Positions 48,378-59,720 of a stretch of 64,000 bases of DNA are shown piece after piece. The notes under the pieces were generated by a model. It made no database searches, had not been told where the DNA came from, and worked only from the letters and a program-made list of their open reading frames with translations. The position numbers and the translations under genes were made by a program. Each line of letters opens with the position of its first letter. Positions within the stretch are counted from its first letter, which is position 1. Source of the DNA: Nitrospiraceae bacterium (GTDB taxonomy: Bacteria > Nitrospirota > Nitrospiria > Nitrospirales > Nitrospiraceae); the NCBI GenBank assembly GCA_050246315.1, contig JBFWWG010000001.1, forward strand, positions 384,001 to 448,000, in the 5' to 3' direction.

Positions 48378-49856
48378 ATGCCGAATTTCCGTACACTCGA
48401 AGCCCTCCGTTTCGACAACACCTATGCGCGGCTGCCGGAGACCTTTTACGCCAAACTTAATCCAACGCCGTTTGCCACGACGCCCCACCTCGTCAGTTTT
48501 AATTCTGCGGCAGCCGCGCTGATCGATCTCGATCCCGAGCAAGCGACCAGACCTGAATTTGCCGGCGTCTTCGGCGGAAGCCTGCTCGTGCCGGGCATGG
48601 AACCGCTCGCGATGTTGTACGCCGGCCATCAGTTCGGGGTATATGTCCCGCAACTCGGCGACGGGCGGGCGATTCTCCTGGGCGAAGCGGTGAGCGACTC
48701 CGGCACGCGGTGGGACTTGCAGCTCAAAGGGGCGGGGTTGACGCCGTTTTCCCGCGACGGGGACGGGCGGGCCGTCCTGCGTTCGACCATCCGCGAGTAC
48801 CTCTGCTGCGAAGCGATGCAGGGACTGGGCATCCCGACCACGCGCGCGCTCTCGATCGTCGGCAGCGACGACCGTGTCTACCGCGAACAGATCGAAACCG
48901 GCGCCATGCTGCTGCGCATGGCCCCGTCCCATGTCCGGTTCGGCACGTTCGAGGTCTTTTACTATCGCCAACAGTATGACCAGCTTAGAATCTTGGTCGA
49001 TTATGTGATCGAGCACTTCTATCCTCATTTGATGTCCCGCTCCGAGAGGTATGCCGAATTCTTCGAGGAGGTCGTCGTTCGGACGGCGGAGCTGATCGCG
49101 CAATGGCAGGCGATCGGGTGGGCGCACGGCGTAATGAACACCGACAATATGTCCATTCTCGGCATCACGCTCGACTACGGTCCCTACGGCTTCATGGACG
49201 ACTATGAGCCGGGATTTATCTGCAACCACTCGGACCACAATGGGCGCTATGCGTTCGACCAGCAGCCATATATCGGCTTGTGGAATCTCAGTTGCCTCGC
49301 GCAGGCGCTGTTGCCGCTCGCGCCGAAGGAGGCTCTGAAGCCGGCACTCGACAGCTATACGCTCGTCTTCGACCGGGCGTGGCTGATGCGCATGCGCCGC
49401 AAGCTGGGTCTGGTACAGGAACGAGCCGACGACGCGGTGCTCGTCTCCGATCTGTTGAGCATGATGGCGGCAAGCCGTACCGACTACACGAGGCTGTTTC
49501 GTTCGCTGTGTGAGTTCTCGTTGAGCGACGACGGCCGCAACGAGACGATACGCGATCAGTTCCTGGATCGGCATGGATTCGACCGCTGGGGAGACCGGTA
49601 CCGGACCCGGTTGCGCGAAGAAGCGAGCCGGGACGAGGATCGCCGCCGCCGGATGCAGCGCGTGAATCCGAAGTACATCCTGCGAAATTATCTGGCGCAG
49701 GCGGCGATCGAGAAAGCGCAACAGAAGGAGTATGCCGAGATCGATCGCCTGCTGGTACTTCTCCATCATCCTTTCGATGACCATTCTGGGATGGAGTCCT
49801 ACGCGCTCCCACCACCCCACTGGGGGAAGCACCTCGTCGTGAGTTGCTCATCCTGA
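48378..49856 (+). CDS. selO: Protein adenylyltransferase SelO/YdiU
   Basis: YAGHQFG, QLGDGRA, GDGRAVLRS, HGVMNTDN, DYGP, C-terminal SCSS. Confidence 0.96.
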   Translation: MPNFRTLEALRFDNTYARLPETFYAKLNPTPFATTPHLVSFNSAAAALIDLDPEQATRPEFAGVFGGSLLVPGMEPLAMLYAGHQFGVYVPQLGDGRAILLGEAVSDSGTRWDLQLKGAGLTPFSRDGDGRAVLRSTIREYLCCEAMQGLGIPTTRALSIVGSDDRVYREQIETGAMLLRMAPSHVRFGTFEVFYYRQQYDQLRILVDYVIEHFYPHLMSRSERYAEFFEEVVVRTAELIAQWQAIGWAHGVMNTDNMSILGITLDYGPYGFMDDYEPGFICNHSDHNGRYAFDQQPYIGLWNLSCLAQALLPLAPKEALKPALDSYTLVFDRAWLMRMRRKLGLVQERADDAVLVSDLLSMMAASRTDYTRLFRSLCEFSLSDDGRNETIRDQFLDRHGFDRWGDRYRTRLREEASRDEDRRRRMQRVNPKYILRNYLAQAAIEKAQQKEYAEIDRLLVLLHHPFDDHSGMESYALPPPHWGKHLVVSCSS

Positions 49857-50039
49857 TCGCCGTGTGCCCTGCACTCGGCCTCAGCATTCGAATACGATGA
49901 CAACCTGTTTTTCCACGACTTCATCTTCGGGCGCGTCCATCGGCTGTTCTTGGGGGGGTGCGGATTTTCGGAAGTCGGTTCGTCCACGGTGACAAGCCTC
50001 ATGGACCGCTGCACCAGTGGAGTGTTAGGCTCAGCACTC

Positions 50040-50759
50040 ATGCGTCACCGACAGATGGCAGGACTGACGATCCGTCTAACCGGCGGTACGGATGGGAAGG
50101 GGGCAGGCAACGGTCCACTGGTGATCCTGCTCCACGGCTTCGGCGCGCCTGGGGACGACCTGGTGTCCTTAGCCGACGCGATGGAGGCGCCGACCGGCAC
50201 CAGATTTCTCTTCCCCGAAGGGCCGCTCTCGTTGAACTTCGGATTTGGCGATGCTCGTGCCTGGTGGATCATCGACATGAACAAGATCGCTCAGGACCGG
50301 GCGGCCGGTCGCCTTCGTGACCCAAGGGTCGAGGTCCCAAAGGGCCTGGCTCCGGCTCGTGAGCAGGTCTTGGCCTTGTTGGAGGAATTGGACCGGAGGT
50401 TTGAAGTCGATCCGGCCCAGACGGTGATCGGCGGCTTCTCCCAAGGAGCGATGCTGGCCTGCGACACGGTGTTACGGACGCGCCGGCCCTTCGCGGGGCT
50501 GGTCATGTTGTCTGGCACGCTCCTGTGCCGGCAAGATTGGGAGCCGCTCATGCCGGCGCGCCGTGGGCTACCTGTGTTTCAGAGCCACGGCCTGCACGAC
50601 GATCTATTGGCCCATCCATTCGCCGAAGAGCTGCGCGACGGCCTTACGGTGGCCGGCCTCCCCGTGGAGTGGATCTCATTCCGCGGCGGGCATGAGATCC
50701 CGGAGCCGGTCGTGAGACGAATCGGGACCTATCTACACCGGATATTCCTGAATCGATGA
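50040..50759 (+). CDS. Phospholipase/carboxylesterase (alpha/beta hydrolase)
   Basis: LLHGFG, GFSQG, HGLHDD, GGHEI. Confidence 0.9.
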   Translation: MRHRQMAGLTIRLTGGTDGKGAGNGPLVILLHGFGAPGDDLVSLADAMEAPTGTRFLFPEGPLSLNFGFGDARAWWIIDMNKIAQDRAAGRLRDPRVEVPKGLAPAREQVLALLEELDRRFEVDPAQTVIGGFSQGAMLACDTVLRTRRPFAGLVMLSGTLLCRQDWEPLMPARRGLPVFQSHGLHDDLLAHPFAEELRDGLTVAGLPVEWISFRGGHEIPEPVVRRIGTYLHRIFLNR

Positions 50760-50858
50760 AGCGATTGACTTGATCGCGCCGGCTTTCAACATGATGGGTG
50801 AGCGCGCCAACACCATCACCTCCGAACGACGAGAGTGGTCGCAATCGACCGGCTGGAC

Positions 50859-50980
50859 GGGCTCACCCCTCACGGCCTCAACGTACTGGTTCCAGTACGC
50901 CTCAGCCGCTCGGGTCTCCGCACGCCCGTCTCGCAGTCGACTTGGCGGTTTGCCCACGAACCGTCATGAACGATGCGGGG
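50859..50980 (-). mobile_element. Partial copy 6 of the structured repeat (inverted)
   Basis: Reverse complement CCCGCATCGTTCATGACGGTTCGTG...AAACCGCCAAG...GCGTACTGGAACCAGTACGTTGAGGCC...GAGGGG.GAGCC matches copies 1 and 2. Confidence 0.75.
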
Positions 50981-51056
50981 TGGGACGACGCATCCGTTGC
51001 ACAAGGATTGGCCGCTCTCCTGGAAATGGGTTGAGGAGAGCAACCGGTGTTGAGCG

Positions 51057-51242
51057 GAGACGTTCGCAAAGCTCCAGCGGGTCAAGACCACGATCCTCCA
51101 CGGACTGCAAGACACGGTCATCCCGCCGGCCGGCAGTTGGCGTTTCGCCGAAGAGGTCTTGCGACGAGATCCGAAATTTCCGATTGAGCTGCTGCTCAGG
51201 TTTCCCGCTTCAGTTGTCTGGAGGAAATTACCGACGAATTGA
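51057..51242 (+). pseudogene. Fragment of an alpha/beta hydrolase gene
   Basis: Start-less frame KTTILHGLQDTVIPPAGSWRFAE...PIELLL. Confidence 0.5.
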
Positions 51243-51388
51243 AAGTTAGATTAGTCGAGGAGCTCGGGATCTGATTCTCACCGCCAAGTCGATACGGTTC
51301 TTCCTTCCCGGCTTGTTGTGAAACATCCGAAGCTTTTGTTATCGTGAGAGCTTCCTCCTTTTCCCATTGCTGCCACAACTGAGGAACC

Positions 51389-53071
51389 ATGGGCACAAAC
51401 GATAAACAGGTGATCTTCTCTTTGGTCGGAGTCGGCAAGGTCTATCCGCCGAAAAAACAGGTCCTGCGGGATATCTATCTGGGCTTTTATTACGGCGCGA
51501 AGATCGGTGTACTGGGATTGAACGGTGCCGGCAAGAGCAGTCTGCTTAAGATCATTGCGGGGGTGGATCAGAACTACACTGGCGAAGTGACCCGGTCGAA
51601 GGGATATACGGTCGGGCTGCTCGAACAGGAACCGCAGCTCGATCACAAGAAAACGGTCAAGGAAGTGGTTGAGGAGGGCAAGGCCGAATTGGTGGCGCTG
51701 CTCCATGAATATGAGGCGATCAGCAACAAGATGGGAGACGCCTCGCCGGACGAGATGGAAAAGCTGCTCGATAAGCAAGCTCAGTTGCAGGAGAAGATCG
51801 AAGCGGCCAACGGCTGGGAATTAGAAAACGAGCTGGAGGTCGCGATGGACGCACTCCGCTGTCCGCCGGCGGATCAGAAGGTCGGCGAGCTGTCGGGTGG
51901 TGAGAAGCGTCGGGTGGCGCTCTGTCGCCTGCTCATCCAGGAACCGGACATTCTGTTGCTGGATGAGCCGACCAACCATTTGGACGCGGAATCTGTGCAG
52001 TGGCTTGAACAGCACCTCCAGCAATACAAGGGCACAGTTATCGCCGTGACGCACGATCGCTACTTCCTTGATAATGTCGCGGGCTGGATTCTCGAACTGG
52101 ACCGTGGCCACGGCATTCCGTTCCAAGGTAACTATACGTCCTGGCTTGAACAGAAGCAGGAACGGCTGGAGAAGGAAGAGAAGGCCGAGTCCAAACGCCG
52201 CAAGACTCTGGAGCACGAATTGGAATGGATTCGGATGTCGCCGAAGGCGCGACAATCGAAGGGCAAGGCCCGCCTGAACCGCTACGAGGAACTCGTCAAT
52301 CAGAAGCAGGACGAGCGGACGGAGGATCTGGAAATCTACATTCCGCCCGGCCCGAGACTCGGCGACGTCGTTGTCGAGGCCACGGGTATCAGCAAGGCCT
52401 ACGGGGACAGGCTGCTCTATGAGAATGTGAACTTCAGCCTTCCCAAAGGCGGGATTGTCGGCGTAGTCGGTCCGAACGGGGCAGGCAAGACCACGATGTT
52501 CCGCATGATCATCGGCAAAGAGAAGCCGGACACAGGGACGATCAAGATCGGTGACACGGTCAAGCTCGGCTACGTGGACCAAGATCGGAGCCTCGACGGA
52601 GCCAAGACCGTGTACGAAGTCATTTCCGACGGACAAGAGACGATCAAACTGGGCAAGGTCGAGGTCAATGCGCGGGCCTATTGCGCCCGCTTCAACTTCG
52701 CCGGGACGGACCAGCAAAAGAAGGTCAAGGACCTCTCGGGCGGCGAACGCAACCGGGTGCATCTGGCCCGTATGCTGAAAGAAGGCGCCAACCTTATCAT
52801 TCTCGACGAACCGACCAACGATCTCGATGTGAACACGCTGCGCGCGTTGGAAGAGGGATTGGAAAGTTTCGCGGGCTGCGCCGTGATCAGCAGCCACGAC
52901 CGGTGGTTCCTGGATCGCCTCGCCACCCATATCCTGGCGTTTGAAGGAGAGAGCCGGGTCGTCTGGTTCGAGGGGAACTACAGCGACTACGAAGCGGACC
53001 GAAAGAAGCGCCTTGGCAAGGAAGCCGATCAACCCCATCGGATTCGATACCGCAAGCTGACCCGAGGCTAG
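51389..53071 (+). CDS. ettA: Energy-dependent translational throttle ABC-F protein
   Basis: Two ABC domains; [39 protein letters not shown]. Confidence 0.97.
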   Translation: MGTNDKQVIFSLVGVGKVYPPKKQVLRDIYLGFYYGAKIGVLGLNGAGKSSLLKIIAGVDQNYTGEVTRSKGYTVGLLEQEPQLDHKKTVKEVVEEGKAELVALLHEYEAISNKMGDASPDEMEKLLDKQAQLQEKIEAANGWELENELEVAMDALRCPPADQKVGELSGGEKRRVALCRLLIQEPDILLLDEPTNHLDAESVQWLEQHLQQYKGTVIAVTHDRYFLDNVAGWILELDRGHGIPFQGNYTSWLEQKQERLEKEEKAESKRRKTLEHELEWIRMSPKARQSKGKARLNRYEELVNQKQDERTEDLEIYIPPGPRLGDVVVEATGISKAYGDRLLYENVNFSLPKGGIVGVVGPNGAGKTTMFRMIIGKEKPDTGTIKIGDTVKLGYVDQDRSLDGAKTVYEVISDGQETIKLGKVEVNARAYCARFNFAGTDQQKKVKDLSGGERNRVHLARMLKEGANLIILDEPTNDLDVNTLRALEEGLESFAGCAVISSHDRWFLDRLATHILAFEGESRVVWFEGNYSDYEADRKKRLGKEADQPHRIRYRKLTRG

Positions 53072-53243
53072 ACATCTCTAATGCCGGTGTAGTAGAGGAT
53101 CGCACATTTTCTGAGGCGATGATCTCCCCTGCCCATTGAGGTCGGCCCGGACGGTAGAGACCGTAAAGACGGTGGAAACGACCGACCAGGGTGCGGTGAC
53201 GCCACGGGAACGCGGAAAAATCAGACAATCAGGAGGTAGGGTC

Positions 53244-54098
53244 ATGTTGGCAGCGCTTGCAAAACTACCGATCCCGTCGTGGCTCAACCGGATATCCATG
53301 GAGCCTCCCTTTCGCTACCTGACCAAGGTACTGCTCAAGAAGGTACCCGTCTCAGTCAGGACGAGGGAACTCTGGGGCATTTCGTCTCGGCCCGGTTATC
53401 TCTTAGGGCTGCTCAACGGGGCGGTGCTGGCTCGGTACTAACAGGTTCCCGAAATCTGCGCGCTGGAATTCGGGGTTGCAGGGGGACAGGGTCTCCTTGC
53501 TCTTCAGTCCGAGGCCGAAGCCATAGAGAAGGAAACCGGCGTTGGGATCAAGGTCTACGGATTCGACCGCGGGAGCGGGCTACCCAACATGATCAACGAT
53601 TATCGGGACCATCCGGACTATTGGAAGCCGGGAGATTTTCCGATGGATGTGAGTCGCCTCCGTCCTCAGCTACAGGCCAGGACCCAGTTGATTTTGGGTG
53701 ATGTAGGGGAGACGGCGCGAGAATTTGTCGAGAGCATTCAGACTTGCCCCATTGGGTTTATCTCGTTCGATCTCGACCTCTATTCTTCCACTACCCATGC
53801 CCTCACAGTTCTTACTCACCCTCAGAAGCGGATGCTCAGGCAGGTTCCACTCTATTTCGACGATGTCATCGAGAGCTTCGTCAGTCACCGATTCGCCGGA
53901 GAGCTTTTGGCCATCGATGAGTTTAATGAGGGGAGTGAGGCCGTCAAGATTGATCAGTGGCGAGGTGTGAAGTGCGGGCGTCCCTTTCCCGGAGAAGCGT
54001 ATCTCGACAAGATGTATATCGCCTATGATCTCGACGCGATCAGCGTGGCGAAATTAGAAAGAGAGGTCCGTCGGCTGCCGCTCGAAGGCATCGTGTGA
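53244..54098 (+). pseudogene. TylF/MycF-like SAM-dependent methyltransferase with one internal stop
   Basis: Single frame with TAA at 53439..53441; LEFGVAGG, YGFD..GLP, FDLDLYSST, YFDD. Confidence 0.78.
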
Positions 54099-54409
54099 CC
54101 GAATCACGGTAGTCCGCTGACGCAGACGCGTCCTCTGAGCAGGCTCGCCGGAGCGGACCGATCAGTCATTCCCCACATTCGGTGATTCTCACCGGTTCGA
54201 CCCAGATATTCGCGGGTCAGGTCAGGCCTCCAATCCTGCGCGCCTGCGAGAAGAGATGAGAGGAGCTTTCCTTGCTAAGAGGGCAGGGTTTCTCAGAGTG
54301 TTGTCTCTCTATTGCAGGTCAGACATCGTCACGGTAAATCAGCGGGCAGAGGTGGTGGTGAGGCGTACCACGATGACGGCGAAGCGAGACTAAAATACAG
54401 GAGACTTGC

Positions 54410-54901
54410 GTGAGAGGATTGATGGATAGACGAGGCAGATCCCGACTCTGGATCCTGGGCGCGGTGCTGTCGTTGATCGGCGCCGCGATCGATGGATGTT
54501 CACAGATGCCGCAACAGACGATGCCGCCCCCGGCCGCTTCCGTCACGGACGGGGAGGGGGCGTTCACCGCTCTTGCAGGCTCATGGGAATATGAGGAAGG
54601 AACGGCCGTCGTTCCCCTGGAAATCGACCGTAGTGGGATCGGGACCTATCCGTACAAGGGTGGGCGATTGATCACTGACAGGTTGGATGATCATCAGTGG
54701 CGAGGGCGATGGTATCAAGAGGAGAACGACCGGGAAGGAGGATTTGAGGTCATTCTCACACCGGATTTGTCGGAAGGGGAGGGACGTTGGTGGTATACCC
54801 GAATCGGTCGCGACCAATCCCCGACCGAGAAGGGCGGCACCTTTCACCTCATGCGATCCGAAACATCCTCCGGCCCGCCGGTGGCGATGCCCGCCCGGTA
54901 A
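54410..54901 (+). CDS. Putative lipoprotein of unknown function
   Basis: Hydrophobic signal ending ...IDGC; beta-rich domain (GRWYQEENDREGGFEV, GRWWY). Confidence 0.7.
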   Translation: MRGLMDRRGRSRLWILGAVLSLIGAAIDGCSQMPQQTMPPPAASVTDGEGAFTALAGSWEYEEGTAVVPLEIDRSGIGTYPYKGGRLITDRLDDHQWRGRWYQEENDREGGFEVILTPDLSEGEGRWWYTRIGRDQSPTEKGGTFHLMRSETSSGPPVAMPAR

Positions 54902-55048
54902 GTGTTTTCTCCTCCCCACCATTCCGGTATCATCGTGCTGTTCGCCGATCCGCTGGACGATGACAGCCGTTCGGGTTGCTCTTCATCAACAATGCCGACA
55001 GGCGAGACCGCAAATAAGACGACCGGGGAGTGGAGCCAAGGCTGGTTC

Positions 55049-55960
55049 ATGGGCATCACATCATACAACCGTGCCCCCACTGTGGTGGTGACGGGGGCCG
55101 GCGGCCTGATCGGGAGCTACCTGGTTGGAAGTGCGGTCCGATGGATGCCGGACTGGGAGGTCGTCGGTCTCACCAGATACGACCTGGATCTCACGGATCG
55201 GTCCGCCGTGAAGGAGATGTGGCAACGGCTCCAGCCAGGAGCAATCGTCCATTGCGGCGCCATCAGCAAGGCCCTCGCTTGTGACCATGATCCAGAACTG
55301 GCCAGACGGGTGAACGTCGAGGCCACCGGCCACCTGTCGGATCTGGCGTCCGCCGCTGGCGCCCGCTTGGTATTCTTGTCGACCGATCATGTGTTCGACG
55401 GACACCAGGGGTTCTATCGGGAAACCGATCCGGTGAGCCCTCTGACGGTCTATGGAGAAACCAAAGTCGCCGCAGAGCGGGTGGTCCTCGCGCATAAGCA
55501 GCACCTCGTTCTACGTACCTCTCTCAATGCCGGATTGTCGCCGACCGGTGATCGAAGCTTTGTGGAGGAACTGATCCTGGCCTGGCGGGCGCGACGGTCA
55601 CTCACACTGTTTACGGATGAATATCGTTGCCCCATTCCCGCCACCGTGACCGCGCGGGCTATCTGGGAGCTGATCCGCACGGCTCCTGGGGGGCTGTATC
55701 ACCTGGCTGGCCGGGAACGATTGTCGCGATGGGAGCTTGGTCAGTTCATCGCATCGCTCTACCCGGAACTTGAGGCCTCGCTCATGCCCGGTACGCTTCG
55801 CGACTATGTCGGGCCTCGGCGCTCTCCGGACCTCTCGTTGAATTGTGACAAGGTCCAGCGCTGCCTGTCGTTCGAGCTCCCTAGGTTTCAAGCCTGGCTG
55901 CAGAGACAACGGGGGATCCCGACCAAGGATCTCTGGCGTCCCGACAATGAGGCGAACTGA
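55049..55960 (+). CDS. dTDP-4-dehydrorhamnose reductase-like extended SDR
   Basis: VTGAGGLIG, STDHVFDG, YGETK, DEYRCP. Confidence 0.85.
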   Translation: MGITSYNRAPTVVVTGAGGLIGSYLVGSAVRWMPDWEVVGLTRYDLDLTDRSAVKEMWQRLQPGAIVHCGAISKALACDHDPELARRVNVEATGHLSDLASAAGARLVFLSTDHVFDGHQGFYRETDPVSPLTVYGETKVAAERVVLAHKQHLVLRTSLNAGLSPTGDRSFVEELILAWRARRSLTLFTDEYRCPIPATVTARAIWELIRTAPGGLYHLAGRERLSRWELGQFIASLYPELEASLMPGTLRDYVGPRRSPDLSLNCDKVQRCLSFELPRFQAWLQRQRGIPTKDLWRPDNEAN

Positions 55961-56754
55961 TGCCCACGGATCCGCTGGCCCTCATCCTTTGGGCCTACGT
56001 GGTCTCCGTCATCGTCATGACGCTGCTCTGGTGGATGCAACGGATCGTGCGGAATGCGTCGATCGCGGATGTGGGGTGGTGCGTGACGCTATCCGGCGTC
56101 GTCCTGTGGTATGCGGTGCATGTGTCGGGAGCACCGGAGCGCAGGCTGTTACTGGCGCTCTTCGCCGCTGGCTACGGGCTGCGCCTGGGACTGGCCATCC
56201 TGGTCACGCGGGTGCTGGGGCAGCCAGAAGATCCGCGGTACGTACGGTTGAGACAGCAATGGGGAGCCGATAGTGAACGGAACATGTTTCTCTATTTTCA
56301 ATTCCAAGCCGCGGCCGTGCCATGGTTCTCGCTTCCATTCCTTGTGGTCATGCAGAATCCTCAGCCGACCTTCAGCCTGTGGGAGTATGCTGGTGTCGGC
56401 CTATGGCTGGCTGGGGTGATCGGAGAAACCGTCGCGGACGCGCAGTTGGCCAATTTCAAGCGGCAACCGTGGAATCGATCGCACGTTTGCCGGATAGGCC
56501 TGTGGTACTATTCGAGGCATCCCAACTACTTTTTTGATTGGGTGCACTGGTGGAGCTATGTGGTCATGGCCATCGACCTCCCCAATGGATGGCTGACCTG
56601 GGCCGGACCTGCCGCCATGGGATGGGCCTTGCTCAAGGTGACCGGAGTGCCTCATGCGGAGGCGCAGGCGCTGCGCTCGCGGGGCAACGAGTATCGACAC
56701 TATCAGCTCACCACCAATGCCTTCATTCCCTGGTTTCCACGGCGCAACGAATGA
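55960..56754 (+). CDS. DUF1295 (steroid 5-alpha-reductase-like) membrane protein
   Basis: NASIADVGW, EDPRY, ADAQL, GLWYYSRHPNYF, AFIPW. Confidence 0.9.
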   Translation: MPTDPLALILWAYVVSVIVMTLLWWMQRIVRNASIADVGWCVTLSGVVLWYAVHVSGAPERRLLLALFAAGYGLRLGLAILVTRVLGQPEDPRYVRLRQQWGADSERNMFLYFQFQAAAVPWFSLPFLVVMQNPQPTFSLWEYAGVGLWLAGVIGETVADAQLANFKRQPWNRSHVCRIGLWYYSRHPNYFFDWVHWWSYVVMAIDLPNGWLTWAGPAAMGWALLKVTGVPHAEAQALRSRGNEYRHYQLTTNAFIPWFPRRNE

Positions 56755-56788
56755 GATGAGCTGGATGAGAGTGTAATTGGAGCGGTGT

Positions 56789-58252
56789 ATGGGGCAGCCG
56801 AATTGGGATGAATTGGCCGAGTTGGCGCTTGCACGTGTTCGAGCCGCCGGGGCCGAGTACGGGGACATTCGCATCGTGGAGAGTCGGACGGAGACAGTCC
56901 GGGGCGAAGATCGACGGCTTGCCGAGGTTCGCGATAGCCGCGACGGCGGCTTCGGCGTTCGGGTGCTCTATCAGGGTGCTTGGGGGTTCGCCGCGAGTGC
57001 CATCCGTTCGCTCGAAGAGGTTCCACGGGTAGCGGAACTTGCGATCGAGATTGCCAAGGGGTCGGCCAGCTTGACGAGGGAGCCTGCGAAATTGGCGGAG
57101 GAACCGATTCATCGTGATGCCATCGTGACAGCACGTACCATCGATCCGTTTTCGGTTTCACTTGAGCAGAAGGCGGCGACGCTGATGGAGGTGATGGAGT
57201 CGCTGCACCGACAACCCGGGATTGTGAGATGTCGCACGCAGTTGTGGGTGCGTCAGGACATGAAGTTGTTCGTCTCGACGGAAGGCTCACGGATTCACTT
57301 TGATTTATTGGCCGTGCAGGGAGAGTTGGAGGCGACCGCTATCCATGACGGCCGATTCGCTTCCCGGAGCTACAGTACGCCCCATCTTCGGACCGGCTAC
57401 GAATTGATCAACCAGGCCGATCTCGTCGCCGAAGCCCCGCGGGTGGCTGCCGAGGCTGTCGAAAAGGTAAAGGCTCCGACGGTCCAAGCGGGCACGTATG
57501 ACCTGGTGCTCGATCCTGAACATCTGTCGTTGACCATTCACGAATCCTGCGGTCATCCCAGCGAATTGGACCGGGCGCTCGGCTACGAGGCCAATTATGC
57601 GGGCACAAGCTTCTTGACCACCGACAAGCTGGGAACCTTTCGCTACGGATCCCGGCACGTCACGCTCGTGGCGGACAATACCGAGCCGGAAACGCTGGCG
57701 GCGACTGGTTACGACGATGATGGGGTCGCCTGTCAACGGTGGGACATCGTGCGGGATGGTCTGTTCGTGGGCTATTGCACCAACCGTGAGGTTGCGCCGA
57801 AGATCGGGGACCGCCGATCTCGTGGCTCGAACCGGGCTGATAGCTGGGCCAGCGTCCCGATTGTGCGGATTGCCAATGTCGGGCTGCTTCCCGGCCGTGC
57901 CTCGCTCGACGATTTGCTGTCGGACGTCCGGCGTGGCATCTACATCGAAGGCCATGGCTCCTACAGCATCGACCAGCGCCGCTACAATTTCCAGTTCGGC
58001 GGGGATGCATTTTGGCTGATCGAAAATGGGAAGCGAACCCATATGCTGCGCGATGTGGTGTATCACGACATCACCCCTGAATTTTGGCATCGTTGCGACG
58101 GTGTGGCCGATGAGCACTTCCGCCGACGGTACGGGTTCATCACCTGCGGCAAGGGCCAGCCGGGGCAATCCGGATGGATGACGCATGCTGCCTCGCCCGC
58201 TCGGTTTCGGAGAGTAAGCGTGATCCGTGGGGCTGGAGACAAGACGTCATGA
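56789..58252 (+). CDS. tldD: TldD metalloprotease subunit
   Basis: HESCGHPSELDR, YDDDG, CGKGQP. Confidence 0.92.
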   Translation: MGQPNWDELAELALARVRAAGAEYGDIRIVESRTETVRGEDRRLAEVRDSRDGGFGVRVLYQGAWGFAASAIRSLEEVPRVAELAIEIAKGSASLTREPAKLAEEPIHRDAIVTARTIDPFSVSLEQKAATLMEVMESLHRQPGIVRCRTQLWVRQDMKLFVSTEGSRIHFDLLAVQGELEATAIHDGRFASRSYSTPHLRTGYELINQADLVAEAPRVAAEAVEKVKAPTVQAGTYDLVLDPEHLSLTIHESCGHPSELDRALGYEANYAGTSFLTTDKLGTFRYGSRHVTLVADNTEPETLAATGYDDDGVACQRWDIVRDGLFVGYCTNREVAPKIGDRRSRGSNRADSWASVPIVRIANVGLLPGRASLDDLLSDVRRGIYIEGHGSYSIDQRRYNFQFGGDAFWLIENGKRTHMLRDVVYHDITPEFWHRCDGVADEHFRRRYGFITCGKGQPGQSGWMTHAASPARFRRVSVIRGAGDKTS

Positions 58253-59559
58253 GTTCGGGCCTCACGAGTCGGCAGGAGTTTGAGTTTCTCACCGACCTGG
58301 TGCTGAAGCATTCGTCGGGAGACGATACAGTGGTGTCCCTCTGGGATTCGATCGGCGGGACGACCCGCTTTGCCAACAATCAGGTCATTCAGAATGTCAA
58401 TGCACGGCGAGTCACTTTGACGGTCACGGTGGCGTTCGGCCGCCGGCGGGGAACGGCGAGCACGACCGAGCTCACCGCGGGCGCGGTCCAAGATGCCCTC
58501 AAACGGGCGGAACGCATCGCCAGGGTGTCCCTGGAGGATCCCGAATATCTTCCGTCGCTTCCTCAGCAAACCTATCTGGCGGTGCCGAGCTGGCGGGCGG
58601 AAACTTCTTCCGCTGGACCGGCGCGTCGTCTGGCAGACGCGCGAAGGATAATCGAGATGTGCCAAGGAGAAGGTCTGAACGCCGCGGGTATCGTGGCAAC
58701 CAGTGATGGAATTGCGGCTCTCTCGACGAGCCAGGGGTTACGTGCGTACGAGCCGCGGACGGAGGCCCGTTTCAGCGTTACCGTCATGGACGACGATGCC
58801 AGCGCCTGGGCGTCTAATGCTCATCGATCCTGTGACCAGCTTGCCATCGAAGAACGGACGCGCCTCGCCGTCAGAAGAGTCAAATGTGCCGGAAGTCCCA
58901 GGGCGCTCGCCCCCGGCCGATATACCGTCGTGCTGGAGCCTGCGGCCGTAGCCGGCTTGCTGAGTTGGATGATTTGGCTGCTGGATGCCAAGTCATATGA
59001 GAAAGGCACCAGCCCATTCAGCGGAAAGCTGGGATACCCGCTGATCGACCCTCGATTGAATCTGCACAATTTGCCACTGCATCCGGACTTGTTGGGGATG
59101 AGCTTTGACTCGGATGCGGTGCCAAGTCGCGAGTTGCTGTGGATTCAAGACGGCATGCTGAGGCAGCTCGGCTACGATCGGTTCACAGCCCACACAAAAG
59201 CCGTACCCCCAATCAGTTTACCGGAGGCGCCCTGTCTCTCAGGCGACGGAATCGGTGACGATCTGATTGCGACAACCGAACGGGGTATCTTGGTCAGTAA
59301 CCTCTGGTACCTCCGCGTCGTCAACCTCACGGACCTCACCTTGACGGGCATGACTCGGGACGGGACATTCTTGATCGAAAATGGACAGATTGCAGGTGCG
59401 ATTCACAACTTCCGCTTCCACGACAGTCCCGTACGGGCGTTCTCAAATCTCGAGGAGTGTACTCACCCTGCGGAAGCCGTCACAGCAGAGACAGGAAAAA
59501 TGCTCGTGCCCGCCATGCGGATCCGTGATTTTCATTTTTCCAGTACGACCATTTTCTGA
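58249..59559 (+). CDS. TldE/PmbA-family partner subunit
   Basis: TRFANN, PGRYTVVLEPAAV, TGMTRDG, NFRF; no HExxH; 4-bp overlap with tldD. Confidence 0.88.
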   Translation: MSSGLTSRQEFEFLTDLVLKHSSGDDTVVSLWDSIGGTTRFANNQVIQNVNARRVTLTVTVAFGRRRGTASTTELTAGAVQDALKRAERIARVSLEDPEYLPSLPQQTYLAVPSWRAETSSAGPARRLADARRIIEMCQGEGLNAAGIVATSDGIAALSTSQGLRAYEPRTEARFSVTVMDDDASAWASNAHRSCDQLAIEERTRLAVRRVKCAGSPRALAPGRYTVVLEPAAVAGLLSWMIWLLDAKSYEKGTSPFSGKLGYPLIDPRLNLHNLPLHPDLLGMSFDSDAVPSRELLWIQDGMLRQLGYDRFTAHTKAVPPISLPEAPCLSGDGIGDDLIATTERGILVSNLWYLRVVNLTDLTLTGMTRDGTFLIENGQIAGAIHNFRFHDSPVRAFSNLEECTHPAEAVTAETGKMLVPAMRIRDFHFSSTTIF

Positions 59560-59720
59560 CACGTCCGGGTGGCATGTCCAACGAGGTGCAGAGCAGATTG
59601 TTGCAAGGGATCAACGACAGGAGCATGTCAGGGTCTGGTCGCTGACGGAAGCATCATACTCGAAATGATCGATTCCGAGGAAGTTGCGGAGGAGCGCAGG
59701 AGATCATGGCGAGAGAGCGT

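Noticed and set aside
49881..49940. Short minus-strand ORF MDAPEDEVVEKQVVIVFEC-TGA as a selenoprotein near selO
   Set aside because: 19 codons, no clear RBS, no SECIS-like hairpin recognised
53140..53188. Three 9-bp tandem units (ACGGTAGAG-like) inside a short hairpin after ettA
   Set aside because: Short, degenerate and single-copy in the window; no function can be supported
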